NCBI GenBank assembly: GCA_001949185.1
Contig: BDGG01000003.1
Location: forward strand, 376,679 to 440,678
DNA from: Ramazzottius varieornatus
Lineage: Eukaryota > Animalia > Tardigrada
DNA: 64,000 nucleotides
Reading direction: 5' to 3'
Made by a program: the position numbers and the translations under genes. Of the stretch, positions 39,820 to 49,491 are shown piece by piece. Each line of letters starts with the position of its first letter. The stretch's first letter is position 1. The notes beneath the pieces are model-generated. The model saw only the letters and a program-made list of their open reading frames with translations, made no database searches and was not told where the DNA came from.

Positions 39820-42442
39820 ATGGAGGATACGGAGTCGTCTTGCGAGCAGGACAGCATCGACCAGTACGACCTTGGGCAGCATAAAGGCGCTGGATCGTCC
39901 GGTCGAGTCTTCAGAGGCCTATCCAAACTTCAACACGGACGAGAGGTCGCCATCAAGCAGATCGACAAACATGCGTCGAAAGTCTCAGCCAACGGTGCTA
40001 TGGATCGTCTTCGCAACGAGATCACTCTCCACTCGCAACTTATCCATCCGTTTATCGTTACGTACGAGAAGCAGTTTCAGGATTCTCACTATCACTACAT
40101 CGTGATGGAACTGTGCGAGGAAGACTTGGAGACATTCGTCAACAGGCGGAAGATGTCGAGATCTGTTCTTTCCACTGAGCACATCAGAATTCTCTTCGAG
40201 CAGATCGTTCAAGCTGTTAGGTACCTTCATGACTACAAAATTGTCCACCGCGATCTCAAGCCTAAAAATATTCTTCTCACCCACAACGTAAGTATATAAA
40301 CAGGCTCCTCGACGTCTTCGTGGAAGGAAATATGATCAGAAATAACTAACAATTGCGGCACGGCCATGACCGGGGCATGACTTAACAATTTGCAGTTTTT
40401 ACCCCGGTGACGTCGGTTCGAACCCTAACTTTGTGTTGCTTCTCAGGCACAAACAGCGAAAATCTGCGATTTTGGTTTCGCCAGACAACTCGCTACGAAC
40501 GCGGATGCCGACTCCAGCGAAATCTGCGGAACACCGCCCTACATGGACCCGCAACCTCCCAGCAAACACCGCAGGATCCACGAATCCTTGGACATTTGGA
40601 GTCTCGGTGCTATCCTGTACTTCATGGCAACTTCCGAACAGATTGTTCCAGCTAGCGAACTGTTGAGAGACCCGAAGCAGCTTTCGGCAACGCTGGAAGT
40701 CGTAAGAAACTGGAATTTCAATTTTCGAGCTGTGAAAGACAAGCAGATGAAGAACCTGATCGAGAAAATGTTGGACAAGGATCCATCGAAGCGTCCAACA
40801 GCCGAACAGATCCTGAAAGAACCTTTCTTTGGGTCCGAGCCGGAAGCTTCCAGTTTGGTATCTTCATTCGACAGTGGTCATGGTTCTTTGAATCGTTCGA
40901 ATTCGTCGTTTAATTCTTCTAATTTGTCCTCTGCGTCAAATTTCTCTTCGAGGTCCGGATTAGCGTCAGGTTATCCGAGCAGTCCGGGCAGACCTTTTTC
41001 AACGATCAACGAGTCTGTAGTCTCTTCCAAGTCCAGAACTGCTTCGAGAGCGGACAAGATGCCTAGTGAGCCGATCACCATAACAAAACCGTTAAACGCG
41101 GCCAACCTCCGGCCTCAGCGCTGCAGAGGACCTGACGCATACTACACGATTCTGGAATCCCATGAAATCTTGCTGGAAGTTGTGCAGCAAAGTTGGAGTT
41201 CGGTCATCGCGAAGACAGTTCTTATCAGTGCGGATGGACAAACGGTGCGTTTTCTTACCGCAGAGTAAAATCAAAAGAGTTCTGCAGTTCGATTTTTTTT
41301 TTTCTGGAATCGTACTGTAATATTTGGACCATGGTAATCAAAGTCGACAAGATCGTCTCACCAATTAGCGCACTTTCCCAGCCGACGACACTGAAAATGA
41401 AAATGTGCGCTACTTGATCAAGGTCGACAAGATCGTTTTTCCTAGTGGCGCACGCTGCTGTCCAGTAGCGTAAGACCATGCGCCACTTGGAAAAACTATT
41501 TTGTCAACTTTGTTCCCTGAGCTCCCACTTATTAGGTTTGTTTTCTAGATGCTTGAATATCTACCGAAGGCTGGAGATGTCGTCTACGCGTCAAAGTCTG
41601 TGCCATCTTCGTACGGCATTGTCCAACAGGAGTACTCTGTCGAAGAGCTGATGGCGCATTCGAACCGGCGGACACTACATGTACAGATACTTTTGTACAA
41701 GGAAGCAACAAGGTTTGTGGATTCAGTTCGGAGCAAGACAACCAAGCTCCGGATAGATACTGACAAAGCCCGAGTGAAACTAATGTCCAACGAACCTCCC
41801 AACTTCGAGTCACTCTTCCACGATAGGGGTAAGTATCTTCTCGAGTGTCGATACGGACATCAGGTAGGAGTCAAATGCGTTTGCTTGTGTTTTTAGGTAT
41901 CAAAATCATCGAGAAATCGAAGGGCGACTTCGAAATCAGAGACCCGAAAGATGTAGACAACAGAGCGCTCAAGTCGTGTCTCTCGCCTCCGCCACAGTAC
42001 CACCAAGAGTGGGAACATCATAAGCTGGTGAGAAGCAGATTCTATTGTGAATGCATTACTTGTGATATGACTACGTTCCCTCTCAGTGTAAGGAGTACTT
42101 GCTGGAAAACGAAAGGCTACTCAACGAACTCAGCTGGAAGTTCCCCGCCTTGGTGGTCAAAGCCAGTGGATCTGGAAGGTAAGATATACAAATGGGAGCT
42201 CCGCATACAAGTTCCACCACATCGCTTTTTCAAGCGGCGCACGTTACCAGCCGATCACCCCGACAACGTGCGGCACTTGGGAAAGCAGCCTGTTCGAGCT
42301 CGTTTGCCGACTTTCTAGCTGTCTTTCTGAAGTTCTTCGAGTATGTCGAACTGAACCTGTTGGTTTCAGGAGACTGGACATTTGCCGGCAACCCGAGAAG
42401 ACGCCTCCAGATGAAAGATCTTACGCAGGTACACTGCGTTGA
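39820..42442 (+). CDS. PLK4: Polo-like kinase 4 (SAK), divergent
   Basis: Kinase motifs GAGSSG, VAIKQIDK, HRDLK, DFG, CGTPPY; degron DSGHGS; cryptic polo box PLNAANLRP..YTILESHEILLE, Y.EATRFVDSVRSKT.K, LMSNEPPNFESLFHDRG.KI, EWEHHKL|CKEYLLENE...FP. The 3' end is less certain. Confidence 0.85.
41339..41512. repeat. Intronic repeat/hairpin of the CGACAAGATCGT family in PLK4
   Basis: Two direct copies (41339, 41418) and one inverted copy (41479-41512) of CAA(A/G)GTCGACAAGATCGT...GCGCA. Confidence 0.65.
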
Positions 42443-43067
42443 GTGTCTCTTCTCTCCTAGCCGTACTGTACAGTGAGACTGTAGCTACTGCCGCCTCTGC
42501 TTATTTTGACTCTGAGCTTGAAGTTTTTGTTGATGTTCTCCGAGTTTGTGTGGATTTTCGGATCAAAAGGCTCGTTGAAACCTGTACTTAATACCGTTGT
42601 TGTTCATGTGTACCTCTTTTCGGTAAACTAAGTATATTAATTTTCTTGAAGTTACGTACCATATGGGGTGGATGGCAGTTCTTCGGATTAGTTTCGGTTG
42701 CTTGCTAATTTCCGTCCGTAAAATACAGTACGTAAATAGACGTGAGCACCAAGCTGCTGCACCAAGCTGGTAAAGAACAGACAGTTAGGAACAGGTCGAA
42801 AATTGCACGCATACCAAAATTCGAAATACACAGAACTCTGGATATCGAAGACGAGGTCAGCAACGATACTCAAACATCGGAACCACACCTAGATAATTCA
42901 CGAGGGAACGGTCAGGACGATTAGACGCCGATCTTCATTTTGATGCTTTCACCTGATAGGTATGTTTCTTAGCTGACTGTAAAGAGCAGAGAGAGATGCT
43001 ATGAACCCCTTCTTCGAAAATTTGTTTGCCCTGCCTGAAACCGTAGAAGTGTTCGGGAGTACGAGTA

Positions 43068-45740
43068 CGAGGAGGAGGCAGTGGAGTGGACACCCCAAAA
43101 ATTGACATCGGAGTGGACACAGCCATAACCCAGTAACCGATGGGTCGATTTGCTTTGCTTATTGCTCAAACGACAGATAAAACCTTAACAACTTGTTTGC
43201 TACCACACAAAAGCTGAGAGAGTTTCCAGAACGTCAGATTTTTCGTTCGCGAGCAGGAAGACTCGAACCAATGTTAAAGAGCCTACGACAGAAAGTCACA
43301 AAGGGCCGCCAGGGGCGCGCATGTCTTCGCTTGCTGTCATGATGACTACGTCACCGGGCATTTTCATGCTCTCTAATGCCGTCTGAATGAAAGAAATCGT
43401 CTTGATGACGTACTTCCGACAGAATTTTCATTTCGCACGGTATGGTGATGGACTACTGTACCAAATATCATAAAGGATTCCTATAAGTTGTAACTCATCT
43501 TCCTGATCTTTATGATGGCTTCTTCCAAACTCAAGACTGCTGCCGAGGTCAGCAGAGAACTAATGGATTCTGCTCTCTACGCGGTAAAGAAATCTGGAGT
43601 AAGCAAGAAGCTTGCGGCGAAGCTCTTTGGAGTGTCTCGAACGACGCTCGGCAGACGTCTCCAGAATCCGCGTCCAGAACGACATGGTGGCCGAACAAAG
43701 TTTCCAGCTCAGGTGGAAGACGAGCTCGTGGATCTGCTCACTTCTTGCTGTATCATGGGGATTCCCCTTAATCGCTATCACTGCTACCAGCTGTTTTCCC
43801 AGGTTGCAATTGACCTAGGTAAGGGAAACGTTCCAACAAAATCAGCCGATCTAAAATCATCCTGTTATTCAATTCTGTTTTGTTCAGGCTTGAAGAACAC
43901 GGCATGTTCCTCCACGTCGTTCAAGAATTTCTTGAAGCGGCACAAATCTCTTTCCTTACGGATTAGTCACGCTTCTAACCGAAAACAAGACCGAGAGTGG
44001 ACCATGGAAGTTTGCGAGCAGTATATCTCCAAGTTGCAAAAACTAAAAGATGGAGGATTCCTCGATGCACCTGAACAGATCTGGAATCTCGACGAGACCG
44101 CTTTTGACACCTCGCAAGTCGTCGATACGGTGGTTGGGGTAAAAGGACTGAAGCTGGTTCCTTCGCAGTTCAACGGTAATGCCAAAGAATGTGTTACAGT
44201 TCTTCCATGTGGAAATGCAGCCGGACTTCAACTAAAGTTTCTCGCCTTGTATTCGGGAAAACTGCACATTCAGTCTCGCCTACAAGATACCCATAACATG
44301 TGTTATCATGCTGTGAACGTGTCTGGCTACATGGATCAGTTGATATTCGCAAACTATGTCAAGACGNNNNNNNNNNNNNNNNNNNNNNNNNNNNNNNNNN
44401 NNNNNNNNNNNNNNNNNNNNNNNNNNNNNNNNNNNNNNNNNNNNNNNNNNNNNNNNNNNNNNNNNNNNNNNNNNNNNNNNNNNNNNNNNNNNNNNNNNNN
44501 NNNNNNNNNNNNNNNNNNNNNNNNNNNNNNNNNNNNNNNNNNNNNNNNNNNNNNNNNNNNNNNNNNNNNNNNNNNNNNNNNNNNNNNNNNNNNNNNNNNN
44601 NNNNNNNNNNNNNNNNNNNNNNNNNNNNNNNNNNNNNNNNNNNNNNNNNNNNNNNNNNNNNNNNNNNNNNNNNNNNNNNNNNNNNNNNNNNNNNNNNNNN
44701 NNNNNNNNNNNNNNNNNNNNNNNNNNNNNNNNNNNNNNNNNNNNNNCCGCACAATTGAACCAGACCAAAATCACGATGAACTGTTTGAGCTGCTGGCAAG
44801 AAGATACCACATTACTTCTAGCGACCACCACGCGGAAGTAAAAGAATTCGTTGAGAACGTGCAGCGCGGAGTAACTCCGGCCAGTGCACTCGCCCGTGCA
44901 CTGGCGAAATCTTTGATGGACGATGCGCCGAGAAAAAAACGACTGCAGAAGAACACCATGCTCAACCTTAAGGCTGGCGCACTGATCACGTCCGATGAGT
45001 TCGTGGAGACGGTGGAGAAAATGCAAGCGGATTCCGCAGCCAAGAAATCTGCGTTGAAGGCGGCGGATGCTGCTACAAAAGCAGCCTCTAAAGCAGCAGG
45101 AAAAGTAACAGCGAGTGCTGCGGAGAAGGCGGCGAGAAAAGCGGAGAAAGCAGCTGAGAAAGTCGCAGAGAAAACGGCGAAGACAGCAGAAAAAGCAGCT
45201 ACGCAGGCTGCAAAGGCAGTGGAGAAAGCTGCTGCGAAACTCGCTGCTCGGGATGCCAAATTGTCAAGAATACAAAAGCGAAAGACTGTCGATGATATAC
45301 CACCACCGAAGAGAGCAAGAAAAGAAACGTGCAAAGCGTAACCGAAAGGGCTTCTGAGCTTAACTTTAATACGGCGGAATCCGCAGTTAGTACGAGATTT
45401 TTGCCACTTTTCTGACCAGTCCCAAATTTGCCTCTGACCGTTTTATATTGTGTGTAAGAGCAAGGTGCCTGTTCTAATTAGATAAGTGCGGAGTAAGTTA
45501 CTCTGTTGGATGCGGAGATAAAAGCTTTCCCAGTCGGTCAGAAGAACTGTGAAGTCTGTGATGGATGCACCAGCGAAAGTGATGCCGCATCTGAAATTGT
45601 CAATACCGGACCGCGCCAAAACAATACCGCAGTTCTTTTGCGGTACCAAAAGCCAACTACATGTGCTGCCATCGCATACCGCAGAGTGTGTCCACTCCGA
45701 TGTCAAATTTTGGGGTGTCCACTCCATTGCCGCCTCCTCG
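43068..45740 (+). mobile_element. pogo-like DNA transposon
   Basis: ~52-bp TIR CGAGGAGG(A/C)GGCA(G/A)TGGAGTGGACACCCCAAAA.TTGACATCGGAGTGGACAC; TA TSD at 43066-67 and 45741-42. Confidence 0.88.
43512..45341 (+). CDS. pogo-like transposase (HTH_psq, CENP-B HTH, DDE_1) with an Ala/Lys/Glu-rich tail
   Basis: SKKLAAKLFGVSRTTL; IWNLDETAF; VTVLPCGNAAG; SGYMD; probable 69-bp intron 43819-43887. The middle of the catalytic domain falls in the N gap 44367-44746, so integrity is unverified. Confidence 0.85.
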   Translation: MMASSKLKTAAEVSRELMDSALYAVKKSGVSKKLAAKLFGVSRTTLGRRLQNPRPERHGGRTKFPAQVEDELVDLLTSCCIMGIPLNRYHCYQLFSQVAIDLGKGNVPTKSADLKSSCYSILFCSGLKNTACSSTSFKNFLKRHKSLSLRISHASNRKQDREWTMEVCEQYISKLQKLKDGGFLDAPEQIWNLDETAFDTSQVVDTVVGVKGLKLVPSQFNGNAKECVTVLPCGNAAGLQLKFLALYSGKLHIQSRLQDTHNMCYHAVNVSGYMDQLIFANYVKTXXXXXXXXXXXXXXXXXXXXXXXXXXXXXXXXXXXXXXXXXXXXXXXXXXXXXXXXXXXXXXXXXXXXXXXXXXXXXXXXXXXXXXXXXXXXXXXXXXXXXXXXXXXXXXXXXXXXXXXXXXXXXXXRTIEPDQNHDELFELLARRYHITSSDHHAEVKEFVENVQRGVTPASALARALAKSLMDDAPRKKRLQKNTMLNLKAGALITSDEFVETVEKMQADSAAKKSALKAADAATKAASKAAGKVTASAAEKAARKAEKAAEKVAEKTAKTAEKAATQAAKAVEKAAAKLAARDAKLSRIQKRKTVDDIPPPKRARKETCKA

Positions 45741-46220
45741 TACATTTACTTCGTTTTTGCTGCCAGTGACTTCATGTTACCCACGATACAAGGACCAGTA
45801 GACACCCCAAGAACTTAATGGTGCTATACGGGGTAGAGAATGGTTCCACGCTTTCAGGATTTTCTGCAGCTCCAAGAAGGGTTTCATAGCATCTCCCTCT
45901 GTTCTTTACAGTCAGCTAAGCTAAGAGACATACCTATCAGGTGAAAGCATCATAACCAAGATCGGCGTCTGATCGTCCTGACCGTTCCCTCGTCAGAATA
46001 GCATGCGCAGTGCGTCGAAGTCATACAGATAGGTAGCTATGAACAAACAAGAGGGAAAAGACATTTGCATTTCCAAACGAGGGATAAGGACTAAAAACCA
46101 GGTTTAAAAACACCGAAAACAAACCAACGAAACTTCCAAACTGGGAGTACACGTATGTGCGCTAAGACAGTCCTTCCCGCTCGGACCGCGAGTGGAAACT
46201 ATCCGCTGCGTTTCTTGAAA

Positions 46221-47260
46221 TTATTTTTGTCGAAAAACCACTCCGATAAATTTACTGTGCATACTCATTCTAGACTGTAAAAAGGCACTGCAAACTTGCC
46301 GATACATTGCCTTGTATGGACGGCTCAAAATGTGCAGCTTGGTATGGGCATCCATCATTACTTCTGTTAAAACGTAGCTCCCTTCCGCAATGATCCGACG
46401 GATCCCTCCCAGTTCTTCTAGCCTGTCATAGTGATGGATGACATAGCTTAACGAGCAGGTCTTTAGACCCGCCGTTTTGTACTCGTGGGACAGAAAAAGA
46501 GTATCAGCGACACTGAATTTCGACAAATTTTGAGCAAGAGAACGCTCGCACAGTTTCTTCAGATCGGCCATTTCGTACATCTCCGTAAGCGTTTCACCCA
46601 AAGTCCTGCAGCGAGTTCTTCCAGGTTGCTGATACTACTGCAGTACCTGAACTTTCTTACCTGGAACAAGATGATCTCACTGATCTCCGGGATGATGCAA
46701 CGGCCAGCTTTGCGTTCCTCCGTGCTGGACTCGAACATGCGGCGAAAGACCGGCGAGCTTATGCATAGACGAACCGGTGAACTGGATACTCGGCGTCGTT
46801 AGAGGATACCAAGACAAAATCACGACCAACATCGCTGTGATACAGAACTTTTGTCTTTGGTGTCGTTCTCGGCGCACACCTGTACGTAGCGGGGTCCCAC
46901 CAGTCATGTGCGGTTTGCTGATTGCAACCCATACTTGAGCCCGGACTGTCCACACGTTGAGGGATTGTGTCGTTAAAGAAACAACGTTCCCGTTCAAAAG
47001 CGTAGTGCGGAACAGTTGCTTCATTCCTACCATCTATATCACGTTGTAAAAACAATATTGTTCCTTGATGGATTACCCGCACTTCGTACGAAAACGCTAT
47101 TCCTACTCGGTGAGACGGAGTAAGTACAAACTGAGTGACCGCGGCTCACTCAGGTCAAGCCCACAGTGGATACAGTTAAGATTATACACTTTTACCTCAG
47201 CACGACTTGAACTGGGACCAACTGCTCGTTTCTCCCTGTCTATACTCGATCCGAAGTACT
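46221..47260 (-). pseudogene. SPOP-like (MATH-)BTB pseudogene, apparently intronless
   Basis: DFVLVSSNDAEYPVHRFV / SSPVFRRMFESSTEERKAGRCIIPEIS / EMYEMADLKKLCERSLAQNLSKFSVADTLFLS..LK in different frames, with stops upstream. The 5' boundary is approximate. Confidence 0.7.
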
Positions 47261-47296
47261 CCTGTGCAAGAATCAACATCGCGATCATCGACAGTA

Positions 47297-47490
47297 CACG
47301 CGCGAAGGGAAAGTTTGGAGCGGTAAAAAGTTTTGATCAGACGCAGAAGACGGCAAACTCAAAATTCGGTCATAGAAAACTGCCAAAACGTGCTTTGGTA
47401 CGAACGAACGTACGAACGTACTTCTGTGCCGCTATTTCGAAACTGCCTGATCCAAACTTTTTACTGCTCCAGACTTTCCCTTCGCGCGTG
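47297..47490. mobile_element. Tc1/mariner-type MITE, copy A
   Basis: TIR CACGCGCGAAGGGAAAGT(T/C)TGGAGC; TA flanks. Confidence 0.85.
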
Positions 47491-47695
47491 TAGGAAGATC
47501 AGCAAGGAACATGTCCAGCCTACCATTCGTGATCGGCAACAGTAACGCCAGATGAGAGAACAGCGCCGGGCGGATTACTGAAACACGAACGATTTGGGAC
47601 TGGCAGGCCTCATACAGTCTGCTCGATTTCGAACGGTAGACATTCGGGTAAGCGGATTGTCGACGACGACCGCAAACGACTAGAGTGAAGTTGTA

Positions 47696-47855
47696 CACGC
47701 TCGAAGGGAAAGTTTGGAACAGGCGATTCCGAAACAGCGGAACGGAAGTCGTACGTGCGTGTGCAATTCACACCAATGCTCTTTCTGACAACTTTACGGT
47801 TGAATTCTCAATTTGCCGTCTTTTCCGCCTGTTCCAAACTTTTCCTTCGAGCTTG
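47696..47855. mobile_element. Tc1/mariner-type MITE, copy B (same family, opposite orientation)
   Basis: TIR CA(C/A)GCTCGAAGG(G/A)AAAGTTTGGAACAGGCG; TA flanks; internal sequence related to the reverse complement of copy A. Confidence 0.8.
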
Positions 47856-48019
47856 TACAGACTGTCTGCCATGTCAGAGAAACAAAATTCCGACTCTCTC
47901 CGTCAGCGAAGAAGTTCAACTGTTGCGAAGAAGTTGAACAATACAATACGATGCAGGAACCGTATCAACCAACCAGCCAGATCAAGCAGCTAAATCATAC
48001 ATTCTCCGAAAAAGTATGG

Positions 48020-49491
48020 GGGATTTCGGGGTTAACGAGTACGTCCGAGACCGTCGCTGTCTTTTAACCTTTTCCCTTGAAGCTCGAACGACGCTCGCAG
48101 TCTCGAGTAGAATTCAACGGAACAAGGTAACTGTGGATCCGTCCAAGACGTCGACGATCGTCGGGTTCCTCTCTCAGTAGTCAGTACGGTCACTTCTCCC
48201 AACCTCCTCAAATCTAGCGTTTAGGTCTAGATCAACGGTCCGTGACTTGATACTGCATGAGTGGCTCAAATCATAGCGTGGTACATTAAGTTCGATTGAG
48301 AAAGACCTCCGGAGAGAAATGGAGGGTGAAACCTGAAAACTGGCGACGAAAAGCTGGCTGCACTAATAAGAGAGTCAAATCAATCAACTGCATGAAAGTC
48401 ACGCTTTTAACCAAGTGAAGCAGAGATACATCATGATATCGTGAAATCCTGTGCAGCTAATTTGACGGCCAGAAGTCGAACTTTCCCGGTACATTCTATT
48501 CAGCGTCTGTAAGAAGGTATCCTTTGTAAGTTGGCGAGCAGTTCTAATGGCCAAGTCGTCTACAACGTCGCGCGTTCCCACCAAACTCTAGCTCCATAAA
48601 GCATACATAGTATGTTTAGTCAAAGTCGTGCATTGTGAACCCGTAGGGACACATTTCAGAGCCAAGAAGCACCAAGACTCGTAAGTGATATCTGACAGTC
48701 TGGTAGGTCTAGTCGAGATAAGTGCTGCCTTAATTAGTTAATCCATAGAACCGCTTAAACTTTACAGGTTCTTAAGCAATCCGAGCATAGAAATGCATCC
48801 CTACGTACACGGTCTTTCATTGATTCTGTTATCCCGGAGTTCCAGTTAAAACTGAAATTAATTACTGTCGTATAGTCGGCACATCCAGCTGAAAACCTGG
48901 AAGAGAATCCAAATGGGAAAACCATGCAGTGTATTTTCTGTCTTTCGGTGTTTAAACCTCGTTGATCTCGACAGAGTGCAATACGAAATATCACTGGCTC
49001 TTTGACTTTGAGCTGTGCGACAATGAAAAAACCCCACCAGAAACTGACCGCTGGGTACCAACAGCTAACGGCCTGCCAACCTGATGGGGCAGTTATCGAT
49101 CTGACGCACCACAGGGACAGACCGAAAATAGGTCGGCGTGCAGGTCGTGCTGTTGACATCTCTCAAATGCCGCGCTTTGCCAAGACGGGAGCTCCGCCTC
49201 CGTGCGATCTCTTTGCCGTCCTGCTCGTGCTGAACCCCCCTGTTTCCAGGGTACGAAGCACAGATTCGAGTTATAAGGTCTCAGCTGTTCGTCGCTGTAT
49301 TGTCGATTTAGCGATCTCGTTTTACCAGCTTTCAATGGCAGCTGCACGTCGCAATGGTCGCAGCTCAGCATGCATCTCATCGTAGCATACTTGGTGAATT
49401 CATCGGTTTTGCTTGAGCGTCGTGCGAGCTTCAAGGGAAAAGGTTAAAAGACGGCGACGGTCTCGGACGTACTCGTTAACCCCGAAATCCC
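48020..49491. mobile_element. 1.5-kb non-autonomous element with 77-bp near-perfect inverted repeats
   Basis: GGGATTTCGGGGTTAACGAGTACGTCCGAGACCGTCGC.GTCTTTTAACCTTTTCCCTTGAAGCTCG.ACGACGCTC mirrored at 49415-49491; an outer IR ATCAAGCAGCTAAA at ~47981 / ~49524 suggests the ends lie further out. Confidence 0.75.

Larger units (their letters stand above)
42901..45992. mobile_element. Outer non-autonomous element (~115-bp TIRs) interrupted by a pogo element
   Basis: CGAGGGAACGGTCAGGACGAT..AGACGCCGATCTT...GATGCTTTCACCTGATAGGTATGT...GAGATGCTATGAA mirrored at ~45874-45992; TCA directly repeated at 42898-42900 and 45993-45995. Confidence 0.85.

Noticed and set aside
44280-45026. Several long ORFs containing X runs
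   Set aside because: Artefacts of the N gap at 44367-44746.
44771-45334. Antisense Ala/Phe/Ser-rich ORF
   Set aside because: Shadow of the Ala/Lys/Glu transposase tail.
45025-45341. Dsup homologue
   Set aside because: Only compositional similarity; the segment is in frame with a transposase and I see no HMGN-like motif.
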